From the NCBI GenBank assembly GCA_047495785.1, contig JBLDXI010000033.1, positions 1,922,001-1,986,000 of the forward strand: 64,000 nt of DNA, in the 5' to 3' direction. The position numbers and the translations under genes are program-made. A model generated the notes under the pieces. The model saw only the letters and a program-made list of their open reading frames with translations, did not search any database and was not told the origin of the DNA. Position 1 is the stretch's first letter, and every line of letters begins with the position of its first letter. This DNA comes from Lepidodermella squamata (Eukaryota > Animalia > Gastrotricha). Below, piece after piece: positions 52,640 to 64,000 of the stretch.

Positions 52640-53368
52640 ATGCTCTGGTTGTTATTGTTATTAACGGAAAGATTTTTTTTATCAAAATTTTGTTGACGCA
52701 TCATCTACCTCTCGGATACATGCTCGGATAAAAAAGCGTGTGAATTTTGTAATCTCCCGCGTTGTTGATGTCCATGATAATTATGTTCAGGCGCGAGGTT
52801 TGGCTGTTATATATTATACAGAAATGGATGGCCTCACGCTTTTACTGTATAACTTTTTCTACGTTTTTTTCACACGGATGGTCGATGCGTTCTCAATTAT
52901 TATATGCCAATATTATATGAATCAACTTGAGATGAAATCGGATTTTTTTCAAAGGAATAAAAATGTCGCTCAATCATTATATTTCTGTTTTTTTTGTCTT
53001 TTCTTTGAAATTTCGGAGGGTTCCAGTAGCGGCCTTTGTCTTTGCAATAAGTTCGACGATTGGACGATGGCTGCTATATGAGATAGGGATATCCCTTGTT
53101 ATGCGCTTTTCACTCAGAAATCAAACTTTGTGTTTGGATAGAAAGCAAGGTTTCGCTTGATGTAAGACATTTTTCGCAAGTGAACTTTTCTGACACGAGA
53201 GACCGATGGCTGCAAAATAGTTTCAGCAATCAGCCAAAGATTAAGCGATTAAAAGAGATGAGCAATTCGACACATTTTCAAAAACTTATTCATATTTTTT
53301 ATTAAATTATTTACCAAACAGCAGTAGTAAAATTTAAGCTGATTGAGAGCTGTAACTTGAAGTTGTTT

Positions 53369-54513
53369 TCATGTCCAGGCCAGTGAGTAATTTGAAACTC
53401 GAAGCTTATCCAGCATAGCTTGAAAATTGGAATGATCAGCATCGAAAGCTGTTGAAGTGATCCCAGCTCTGAAATGGAAGAATAAATATTCGAATTGGAG
53501 CATGCCACCGGCATCGATGGGATGGAATGCGATGGCCGAGTCCGAACAACAATCCACGCCTTCGACGAAGCGATACGCATCGTGAACTCGTATCCATTCG
53601 TCATCTCCGACTCCGCCAGGCAGCAGATGCTTACCAGCTTCAAAAATTAGGAAACGCTGCCGGCCTTTCGAATCCCTTGAATCTGAAGGCGTGATGTTGA
53701 TGCTTTTAAGGCATCTTCCGAGTTCCAAGTCGTATCCGTTTTTCACCTCGAAATGATTATGACTCGGAGCGCAGACTGTAGGAAGTGAAAATGCCTCACC
53801 AACCAGTAATGCCAGGGCTTTCCACGATATCACATTTGCGGAGCCGTGAGCGTAATGAACTATGTCTTTCGGATTTTTCGGAATTGAATAGGGATCATCT
53901 CCATTTATCAAATCTCTTCCAAAGTAGAACGGCTTATTCGCGTCGTAGTCGGCCAGAAATAGTCGAAGGTTATCCATGACCATGTATGTATCATTTTCAG
54001 CGATGATAAACCACTCAAAATCGCTGAGATGCTCATCGTGAGCCCATTTCAGTGCATTCCTTGTTTGAGCCCACGATTCTCCCGCACTCGCGAAGCCTAT
54101 CGATCCAATATTCAGGTCAGTTTTATCGGATATAAAGACTATTGATGTACATCGAGTTCCCCATGTCAGCTTAACGTAATTGGCAACCGAGTCGTGTAGG
54201 TCCGAAGCTGTTCGGCACATGCAAAGTATTCGTATCGAGCGTTGGAGCAGTGCAGAAACATCTTTGTTATCAAATACTGATTGCCGATTCACCGCCGCCT
54301 TAATTGATAGCAATAACAATGAAATATTCTCGGGAAATTTGCAAGATAATTTACCTCAACAGGAGACCTCAGTCTAGCAAGTGATAAATATCGGCGATCG
54401 ACAGTTACAAGTTCTTCCGAAATAAACTCTAGCTCAATTAGAATGTATGTCGCTAAACAACATGCAAAGCAAAAAGCTATCACCACGAAAAGGCATCTTC
54501 GTTTCCGTTCCAT
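53369..54513 (-). CDS. core 1 beta-1,3-galactosyltransferase-like protein (GT31), DxD motif degenerate
   Basis: Exons 54513-54355 and 54298-53369. Type II TM; IRILCM, VKLTWGTRC, WFIIAENDTYMVMDNLRLFL, PFYFG, DLELGRCL, DSRDSKGRQRF, CCSDSAIAFH are C1GALT1-family motifs. Confidence 0.85.
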
Positions 54514-55442
54514 ATATACTTGTCTTCCACAATGACTAGCAACTACCAATACCACAGCACGCCCTCCGCAAATATATGTCCCTTTGATGCGGTAATGACC
54601 GTGAGCGGCACATTGACATCGGAACGGTAATATTACGCTTGTTTCGGCGCACAATAATTGTTATATAACCTGTTTTACAGTTGTTTACTGATGCTATAAT
54701 GGTGTCGCGTTGCTCGTGAAAATGTTATTGTATCCGAGCCGCAAAAAATCCTGGCGGATAATATCATATCGATGCGAACTGAAATCACTTCGAATACAAA
54801 AGAAATAAAAGTCAACGGTAGCAAAAAATGGTTTATTGATGAGGTATAGTAAATAAGGAAGAGCAAAAAGCTTTTCATGCGAGACTAATGGCTTTTCTTA
54901 CATTATTTATCGTGCGATTTAGCTCACGTGTCGCAACACCTGCTGATCAGTGAACCGAGCTCATCATCGGTAAAATGACCCAGTGCGCTTCAACTTAGGC
55001 GAAGACCCGCATCCTATCCTGCCTATGTACCTTTCCAATAAATGCCAACAGCCTGGCCCATGACACACGACGGCGATGCGGAGAGTAAATATGCATATAC
55101 CCGAATTACTTGCATTCATAAATTTTTTCATGCCTATCACTGTGTTGCTAATAAACAGCATAACAACCCCGTCTAGGTGAGAGGGAAGGGAAGAGAGCAT
55201 CAGCATATATTGTTTGCTCGGGCGAAATCGATCGACAACGCGCTCTATGCATCGGAGCTCCAAAAATTCTACCTTGCCTGTATAAACTAAGGACTATTTA
55301 TATAAATCATAAGCACTCCGAATCGCTAGCGATGATTTTACACCCCAACTTTGATGATTTTCGATTTAGCCACCGCCTAAAAGGGCGATGATTAGAAGCA
55401 AAAAACGGCGACGCCGCAAAGTCGATAGGTTTTTTGTTGCAA

Positions 55443-57006
55443 ATGACAACCGAAGGACCGAAACGCCGACTTTACGACGGCTACCGCTACCAACTTATAA
55501 CTAGTCCTAATTTAATAACTCGACGAAATCTAACCGGTGCTCTGTTTCTTTCTGCCGTATTGTCTCTCGTGCTTATCGCCGTCGTTTATCCCGAGGTGAT
55601 TTCTTCGCACAAACGAATTTCTTGGTCTACTTTTACTGCTTGGAGCCAATCTGCAAACAATTTTCTGTTGGGAATTTTCCGACCTCAACGGCCGCAACTC
55701 TTTCACGAAATGGCCTGCGATAAGTTTTTTGTTCACAAACTCGCGAACTGCTCCAGTCAGCTTATTTCTCGAGGAAAGCAGCACGAATGGCCAGCGATGC
55801 GATCCCCGTTGAATTACTTAGATTTTAGTCGAATTCTTCTAGTCCTTCATTACAACGTGCCAAACTATGAATCTGCTGCCAAGATATATGCAGTATATTA
55901 TAAAGTATTTTCGAAGGTCGTTTTTTGTGGACCCGAGGACGATGCATCTGCGTTTTGGCCCCATTACACAAATCAGAGCGAATATTTTTTGTCAAAAGAG
56001 AAGGCACCGTTTGTGACTTATGGCTCTTACATTGGTGCGCACACAATTACGGCCTATGCTTGCCTCGCATATGCAGTCGATCGAATTCATGATGATTTCG
56101 ACGGCGCTGTAGTCATGTCAGATGACGTCATTCTAAACTATTGGAACCTGAAATCGGTTTACAACAAGTCCTTAGAGAAGCCTTGGGCTCTCAAGTCTGA
56201 AAGAGAATTTCCGTTCAGTATTGATAAGGTTCAATATGAATACGTTTTTCAATGTTTTCGAAATGTTTTCTTTTTCAACAGGCTGATTTCTGCGAAATGA
56301 AAAGCTCTAACAATTCAATTGACTGCCGTCCAGGGCTCGGATTTTGGGGCTGGCCCTCTAGCAATCGACCTCAAATTCTAAAACTCTTTGACCATCTCGA
56401 CAATTTGGCGAATGGCTCGGCATCTTGGTCTGACAGTTACGTGAAAGATCGCACGCCTGAGCAATGGCAGAGCTTTTGGCATGAAATCAAAGCTAATTTG
56501 ACAAATGCAACCGGTGGCGAGCGCCGTCTTCTTGGTTTAGCGAGCGGTGATTGCTTTTATCTACCGAAATCATATTTTCGCAACGGAATACCTGTGTTGA
56601 GACTCTTCGGGAAGTGAGTTTCATTGAATGATTTATTAAGATAGATCAAATTTAATTAAAAAATCCCAGACACAAAATATTTCTGGAAATTGGAACTGTG
56701 TCCGTACTTCGATCGCTTGCTTCGAGTAAAGAGGTGCAAACGATCAGTTTCGAAGCTCAAGATTGGGGGCAAGGCATTATTCGAGCTCACCCATTCATCG
56801 AAGCTTACAAAATGTCATATGAGCTCGTGCATCCGTTCAAAATTAGCAAACTCGACGCTCATTATTCCTTTCTGAAAAATGAAACAGAACTTGAAGTTGT
56901 GGCTGTAAAAGATCCCGTGGCTATTACAACGGCTTGCGTTTACTGCAACCTCGTCAAACTTGGAAATGCTTACGCTGAATTTTTCGCCAATCCTCCGTAC
57001 TATTGA
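55443..57006 (+). CDS. type II membrane putative glycosyltransferase resembling the C-terminal domain of DUF288/STELLO-like proteins
   Basis: Exons 55443-56228, 56282-56613, 56670-57006 in frame. N-terminal TM, then ILLVLHYN..Y...FSKVVFCG, AYACL, GAVVMSDDVILNYWNL, DCFYLP, IFLEIG, VHPFKIS. Confidence 0.65.
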
Positions 57007-57180
57007 AACGTATCATAGAGAGCTCTTACACAAAATTTATCAGATTTTCTGCTGTCAATTTTATGATTCTTATATATTTTCATGCTCAGGTACAAAAAAA
57101 TAAAGGCTTGAACGTCAGACAAGTTTTAGATTTTTACTTCTGCTAATATTTGTGTATGAAATTATACGAGTATTTAATTT

Positions 57181-57669
57181 CTAGCACAGGTAATATTTTG
57201 TGTAATTGTTGGCTTTAATGCACTCCAATTGATCGACAACTGTCCGCCATGCTACTAGCATGACTATTACACCCGCAACAACGGCTACGCCAATGCTGAC
57301 TGACGATATGATGATTGAAATTCTGTAGTACCTCAAATTATGAGGCCGCTGAAGAGCGTAGACCAGGGCTGGTATCGCTAGGAACCAGAGGCCAATTACG
57401 GCAGATATTATGCTGGTTATTATTGCAGCCCTGCGGTATCGAATTATTAGCTTATCTCGTTCCAGTTGAGCAGCATTATTCGGTGGCTCCTTCTGCTCTG
57501 ATACAAATACCGAATCGCTGTCATCCTGATCAGTCTGAGGCAAGCTTGATAGCTGTTTTTCTGTCGATGATGGCTTGCAGCAAATATATCGGTTTGATTT
57601 CAGAATTCCCGATGAAGCGCTATGCTTGTTGCTTTGTACCTCGTGTATAGTGCTGATGTCGCGCTCCAT
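57181..57669 (-). CDS. small membrane protein with two hydrophobic segments, dispanin/CD225-like
   Basis: 162-aa ORF: disordered N-terminus, then AAIITSIISAVIGLWFLAIPALVYA and ISIIISSVSIGVAVVAGVIVMLVAW. The family assignment is tentative. Confidence 0.5.
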   Translation of the reverse strand: MERDISTIHEVQSNKHSASSGILKSNRYICCKPSSTEKQLSSLPQTDQDDSDSVFVSEQKEPPNNAAQLERDKLIIRYRRAAIITSIISAVIGLWFLAIPALVYALQRPHNLRYYRISIIISSVSIGVAVVAGVIVMLVAWRTVVDQLECIKANNYTKYYLC

Positions 57670-58449
57670 GAATCTCGGTTGAGGCAGCCATATATCAGCT
57701 GTTGATGCCGGTGAAGCTGGTATTTGTGAGTACTCTTGCTCAGCACTATCAGTTCTGACCTGACTAGTTGAAGAGTTCGGCGTTTTGAGATTGAGATTTT
57801 CAACATTTTGCCCTGCAATTTAAAAATTTGAGCGATTCAACAATTCACGATGCGAAGATTTATTAGGTAGGTACCTTTCTGTGGCATTGAAAGACTTGCG
57901 TATCTGAAACGGTTTTTAACACATGAATGCGTGAAAAATTAATTCATAAAAGTGAATTCGTCATTGTCATCTTGCGCTTTGCATTGTCGACGATCCACCA
58001 CAGTTTCTATCGACCAACTTGCTCTTCGCTCATAGATATTGTAATAACGGCGCTGGGTGTGTAGGCTGCATGACTCCTAGTCGCATATCGAAACTTGAGT
58101 TTATTCAGCCGCCTACTTCGTGCATAGCTGCGTACGCTAAATTCTAGCTACACACGCTTCGATCCCTTGCATATTGATTTGCTTGGTCTTATTATCATTG
58201 CATTTTGAAGTCCTTGAGCTGAAATCTCGCTATTATTGCTCAGGGCCCTGGAACCTTTTTATGCCCGTGTTGCAATGAATTTTCATCCAGCGCAATATTA
58301 TGTTGTCAACACTTCTTTCAACAACAACTTATAGGTGTTTGCATATAAAATTCGTTCAGAAAAATATCCACGAATGTCCATGATTTTGGAACTTCTAACA
58401 CGGTGCGATAACTGTTTGTTTCGAATGGGATAGCGTATTCCATAGAATA

Positions 58450-58810
58450 GTATTCAATCTCAAATAATAACCCCCTAGAATAATAGCCCCAAAAATTCAC
58501 AGAAATACCGGGCCCGAAGGTTAATAATTGCCCGCCTCGAATTGCCAGGCGGCTGAAAAACAGGTTGAAGCTTGGAAAATCTTGTGGCCTGAAATTATTA
58601 GGAATAGCTTTTCCTACTGCGGAATCACTACTGCATGAAAGGTTTAGGTAGTTTAGATTTAGCTGGCAAAGGCCTTTTGGAGGCTGCTCATATCAGCCTA
58701 TTGAATTGATTAAAATGATGACGTGATGTTTTTCGGTTAATAATCAGTTACCTCCCTCGAATAATTGCCACTATTTTCCGACTTCGGAAAAATAATAGCC
58801 ATGACATAAT
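58450..58810 (+). mobile_element. degenerate pogo/Tigger-like DNA transposon remnant
   Basis: 58561-58638 translates to QVEAWKILWPEIIRNSFSYCGITTA*, resembling the AW..I....I.NSF..CGI end of pogo DDE_1 transposases. It is flanked by repeated (C)TCGAATAAT[AT]GCC-like motifs at ~58460-58490, ~58520-58545 and ~58755-58800. Confidence 0.55.
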
Positions 58811-59059
58811 AGCTGTTGGTTCAAAAATAACAGCACAAAAATTCCATATTCTTTTTTATTCAAAAAATTGTCGAGATAGACGAAAAGAGATGGTGGCAGA
58901 ATCCGTAATTGTTCGATTTTGCCGCAAAAATGCTGGGTACGATAATCATGCAAAAGACATCAAAGACGAAGGAATAATGAAATTCAATGAAATATCTGCT
59001 AAAATGCATAATAATGTTTTACAGTAATAAGAAGCGTGGAATAAAGTCTGGAACCAGTT

Positions 59060-62000
59060 CTAGCGAACACGTTTGCGACTAGTGGTCGGTTCGCTCGATG
59101 CTTCGCTGTTCTCACGTTCATCCTCGCGAGCTTTCTTCTTATTCGCCCCGGTAATGGCCTGACGCCCGGCGTGGCGAATGACGGTCGAAACACCGTCTTG
59201 GAACCGCGTTTGGAAAATGACATTCGCGTTCGAGAACATGCCTTCCTTCAACGAAACGATGATGAACTGCGAGGCTTTGAAGTACTCGCGGATGATACGG
59301 CCGATGTTTTGCGTATGGCTGAGATCGAGAGCCGCGTCGATTTCGTCGAGAATGTACAGTGGGGCAGGGCGGTAGCGAAGAAGGGCGAGAATCAGGGAGA
59401 GGGCAACGAGAGACCGCTGGCCACCTGATAATTCGCTTAAGCTTTCCTTCCAAGCATCGTTGCCGAAACCGATTCGAAATTCAACACCGACAAGCTCCTT
59501 ACGGCGCTGATTTGTGGCACCCGTGCTGACATTAGCCTCATTCGCAGCTAGCATCGCCCTGGCTCCGGGTAGCAGCGTGGAAAAAATATCAGCAAAATCG
59601 GTATTGACACGCTTGTACGCCGCCCATATCGCGTCATTTCTCGCCTCGTCGACTTCACTCATTGTCGAAAGAAGCTTCTCGCGATCTCGCAAAACAGTCG
59701 ACCGGCGTTCCATAGCACCTCGGTAATCGTCTTCGGTTCGTTTCAATTGAGCCATGACTTGAGGATTGAGACGCTTCTCCAATTTTTGAATCGAATTCGC
59801 AATCGTCGTCGAACGATTCTTCAAATCGTCCGGCTTGAAAGAACTCGAGTGGAAGTCGTACATCGTACCTTGTTGGCCGAAAAACCGCTTTTCAGTTTCA
59901 ACCCAATCGTGGGTTTCAGCTAACCGGACCATGATGGACATTGCCTCGCCGACCGCCTTCTCCTGACGCTGCAGGCGATGTCGCGCCTCTTCCTGCGCGA
60001 TTTCAGTTTCATTTCGCTCCTCGTCTTTGCGAGTCAGTTGAGCTGCTTTCTCACGCATGGCCGCATTGACGTCTTCCACGCTCTTCTCAGCCTCCGCCAG
60101 GGCCGATTTCGCCTTCTCGACAGCCTGTTCAGCCGCTTTCGCTTTCGCCGTTGCTTCATTGAATTTAGCCTGATGACGCTCCAAAGCAGCTGCGATTTCT
60201 TCCAATCGCTTATCATGACCGCTTATTCCAGACTGGAGAGCATCGATATCAGCTCGCACTGCATCGGCCGACGACCGCTTCTGATCGATTTCAGCCTGGA
60301 TTTTATCCAGCGCGGTTTTCGCATCTTTCAACTCCTTTTGCGCCTCCTTCAATTCTCGCTCAGGATTGTAATCGGCAATTCGCTTTTCGATTTCTACAAC
60401 TTTCGACTTCAAAGTCGCGATAGTACCGTCCGGCTTCGACAATTCTTCGATTCGGCTGCGTTTTGTCGCAACTTCGCCCTCGAGTCGTTTGACTTCAGCC
60501 TCCAGCATTCCGAACGTAGTTTGGCGAAGTCGTTCCTCGCTCAAACGCAGCTTATGTTTCGCCATTTCCAACTTATCAATAAGCGCTTGTTTCGCCTTGA
60601 ATTTCTCAGCATCAGCCTGGGCACTAGCAATTTGCTTGTTGATTGCCGCGAGCTCTTGTTGAAACGCGTGAATTTGAGCAACGGCACCGAGCACATCCTC
60701 GCGGTTACCACGAGCACCGCCTGAAATGGCACCAGACGGGTCGAAAACATCACCCTGAAGCGTGACAACTTTTCGCTGGATTCGCTCGTGATAAGCGACT
60801 TGACGCGCCACGTTCGCATCCGAGCATATCAAGGTGGAGCCGAAGACGAATTGCAGCGCTGGAACGACACGCTGGCTTTCGGGAGTTATCAAACTCATTG
60901 CCGTGTAAACACGATCGGCACCGAAGGTTTTCTGAGCAAAGCGGACAACGTCCTCTGGAATCGAATACGGTTGGATTTTGTTCAGAGGAATCATCGTGAC
61001 TCGCTGCTTGAGCTCGCCGTTTTGCAGTAGAAGTTTACCAGTTTGATCCGTATCCACAATAATGTTGTACAACTGTAATAATTCAGCTGTTAAGATGGGT
61101 CCTCTTCAATTATTCTGATGCTTACCTTGCCTCCAGCGGCTTCTTCAAGAGCCATGGAATATTTTGGATCGGTAATTTTGAACTGCTTTGCGACAACGCC
61201 GATTACTCGAGAACTGTCGAAATTGGGCTCAGGGTTGCGATAGCTGAAACCAAGGCGAGCACAACGTCCTTCGATTTGGTTGATTCGATCACGTGTTTGC
61301 TGCGCTCGTTGATTCAGCTCCTTCAAAGAACCCATGGCACTCTGATCGTCGGCCGATTGACCACCCGCTGCCTTCAACTCAGTCTGTCATTTGTGGAAAT
61401 TTAGTATGCAAAGTTACACTTATACTCAAAATATCAACCTCAGCATCAGCAACTAGTTTTTGATTAGTCGCCACTTCTTTCGTCAAATTGTCGAATTCGG
61501 CCTTAGCACGGCCACTCTTTAGTTGAGATTGGCTAGATTGCAACTGTTTTTCGTCAGATTTCAACGTATTTTGCAATGTCTTCATCTCAGTCTCGGCTTC
61601 CATCAACTGTTGGTTCAACTCTGAGGAGTAATAACAGCAATAAGATTAGACAAATCGTATTCAAAGGCTATTTACCTGCCAGGGTACCCTCCAACGAGCG
61701 ATGACTAGCCGCATTTTTCTTGCCAGCTGCAACACCAATAGTTAGCGTGTCAACGTGAGAAGACGCCGCCTCGTAGCGAGCCTGTGCCTGAGCAAATTTT
61801 TTCGCAGATTGTTCACCGCCCGTCAAGGCCTCCATCTCTTTGCTTTTAGAATCGATGGCTTTCAAATCCTTCGCCTTTTGCTTCGAGATTTTATCGTGCT
61901 GAGATTTGTCCTCGTCAAGCGTTTTTCGAGCATCATCGACGTCACTTCTACAAATTGATTGAATTTTTTCCGCCTCTTGCATAGTTTTTCGAGCATTGTC

Positions 62001-63039
62001 GAGGACACCCGAATGCCGCCTAACATTACAAAAATTAAAATAAATTGATCTGAAAATGCAGTCCTTACCTGTCGAGTTCTCGCTCAATATCGGCAATTTC
62101 TTTCTTTAGTTTAACTTTAGCCTCTTGGATCTCAGCTAACCGAGCTTTCAAAGCTTCGCAGTCGTTCTTGGCCAACTGCACTGCTGCTGTGCTGTCTGAC
62201 TTCATTTTTTCGGCATGGTAGTAACTGTAGGCAGCAACGACTCGATCAACATGCTCACGCTCGCGAGTAAGCTGTTGATACTCCAAATAAATTTGACGAT
62301 CCTTCTCCATTTTTGACATTCGGGGCTCTAACTGCTCCTTGATCAACGATTCATCGTCCTGCAGCTTCTGCGTTTTCTTCGCAATTTCACGCTTCGCCTC
62401 CTCTTTCTTGTCGTCATAAAGGCGCGTGCCTGCAGCCTCTTCGATGAGGGACAAAATTTCGGCAGGTTTCATATTCAAAACTTTGGTGATGCGTCCTTGC
62501 ATGATCAGAAAATGGGGATTGTTAACGTTCAGCTGGACTGATCGGAACAAATCTTCGACGCGATTGTTGGTCGCATTCACACCATTGACCTTGTATTTGT
62601 TCCGTCCACCAAGTACAATCTGATGAGTAGAATGCCAACGATAAAGGAGGCAAATAATACAGGTAACTTCTTACCTGACGAGAAACCGTAATTTCATCAG
62701 CATGCTGATAACCCATTGGACTTTGCTCTTTGTCAGTGTTGTCGAACGTTACGCTGACAATCGCTTTATTGATACCAGCTTGGCCATTCTTGTAGATAAG
62801 CTCTTGAAGGTTGGATACGCGTACCTAAAATTCACTTGAAATAGCGTTCAAAAAATTCTGGTTTATTTTACCTGAGTGAGGTTAGAAATTCCCAACACAA
62901 AACAAATGGAGTCCAAAATATTAGATTTCCCACTTCCATTGAGACCGGTTATAGCATTGAATTGAGGATCAAAGCCGTGAATTTCGGTTCTACTTGCATA
63001 GGATTTGAAACCCTCTATTACTATCGATTTAACATACAT
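59060..63039 (-). CDS. SMC2: condensin subunit SMC2
   Basis: Multi-exon gene. [44 protein letters not shown]; [28 protein letters not shown]; hinge [17 protein letters not shown]; [15 protein letters not shown]; [11 protein letters not shown]. Confidence 0.97.
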
Positions 63040-64000
63040 CTGAAGTCAACAAAAATACAATTAAATTGATATACCATAAATATCAGATAAATAAAAATTA
63101 TTCACTGTCCGCATCAGAAACAGCGTTACATAAAACCCAAACCCAAGCATAATCAATCATTATACAGCAGTAACAAATAATAACTGTAGAATCATGGTAT
63201 ATTTCACAAAACGGCTGTTACATTAAACAATGTGTGCGTTCGATGCAAGGATGGTAAATTGTAAGAAAAAAATTGTGATCAGCAAAAACTATTTTTCCAT
63301 CATAGCTTGTACTTTGAATTCTGTGCCAGAGTCGACCATGACTCGCTCCCAGCTCTGAAGCGACTAATTCGCAGGTCGATGTTGTCGATCTATCCGATTT
63401 AATGCTCAAAAACTACGCGGCAATACTTAGTGTTCCCTATTTGTATTAGTTGTTTTCCATGAAAAAATATAATCATGGGCTCGATAATCGATGGTGGTAT
63501 TTGTCACTACCATAGTGAACACAGCGGTCGAATGGTAATGCAACCAGCACAGGGCACAGGGTGTGATACGTTGGTTCCAGTGAGGCAAGAGTTCAACGCC
63601 CGCGTCTGTGCAAGAAGACAGCGGTTGACCGAAGTCACTGAAAAAACACAATGTCAGCGAGCGCAGGTTACACGTGCGCAGTGGCCCATTGTCACTTCCC
63701 CCGCCTCAACGGTAGCACAAGGGAGAGTCGCGGAAAAAGTTAACAGAAAGATCCTTTTATGAAAATTACGTACGAGCCTTGAAAGTAAATGCAAATTACG
63801 ATCAGCGGGATTAGTACTCATAAAAGCCGAACGTACAACATCATTACATTAGGCTTCGTAACTACGAAAGAGTCGTCGAGGGTCAAGGGTCAAAGCGGTT
63901 AGGTAGTTGTTTTGGCGTGTCGCCAATGTCTCCACCCTCCACCGAAGCGACAACCCTACTATTTTCAATATTTGACGGTAGAAGACGAGAATGTAGAATT

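Noticed and set aside
8932-57006. Functional clustering of ER/Golgi genes (RAB18, SLC35D, PRKCSH, SAMD8, two glycosyltransferase-like genes)
   Set aside because: They are interspersed with unrelated genes on both strands and belong to a large functional class, so chance is sufficient.
1-64000. CRISPR arrays, tRNA, rRNA, prokaryotic defence systems
   Set aside because: The sequence is spliceosomal-intron-containing eukaryotic DNA; no repeat-spacer array was seen, and isolated GGTTCGA motifs lack cloverleaf context.

Overview
Eukaryotic genomic DNA, most likely from an invertebrate animal with a compact genome (GT-AG introns mostly 50-60 nt). The ORF track fragments most genes, so I rebuilt exon models by reading splice sites. 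In order the window holds: the 5' end of a PATJ/MPDZ-like gene (-); a tight + strand run Rab18 > SLC35D > eIF2B-beta > CHCHD7 with 81-209 nt gaps (operon-like); two tandem paralogous giant genes (-; ~2,560 aa each); a - strand run RPS28 > Asn/Gly-rich orphan > PRKCSH; SAMD8/SMSr; a ~10 kb non-coding stretch; a PAN-EGF-kringle-EGF-FN3 single-pass receptor with no catalytic tail; a head-to-head pair of Golgi glycosyltransferase-like genes (one C1GALT1-like with a broken DxD motif); a dispanin-like small membrane protein; a pogo transposon remnant; and SMC2. The best candidate for a new system is the giant gene pair. Each protein has an N-terminal domain, a beta-rich putative propeller, a GB1/RHD3-type GTPase, a ~600-aa coiled coil that splits a Cys/His module and carries a LIR-like motif near its midpoint, a Cys/His repeat array and a C-terminal VWA domain. 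The copies are strongly diverged except for two nearly identical DNA tracts that suggest gene conversion. A role in cell-autonomous immunity or autophagy is inference only. Family assignments come from motif recognition; no database search was run.
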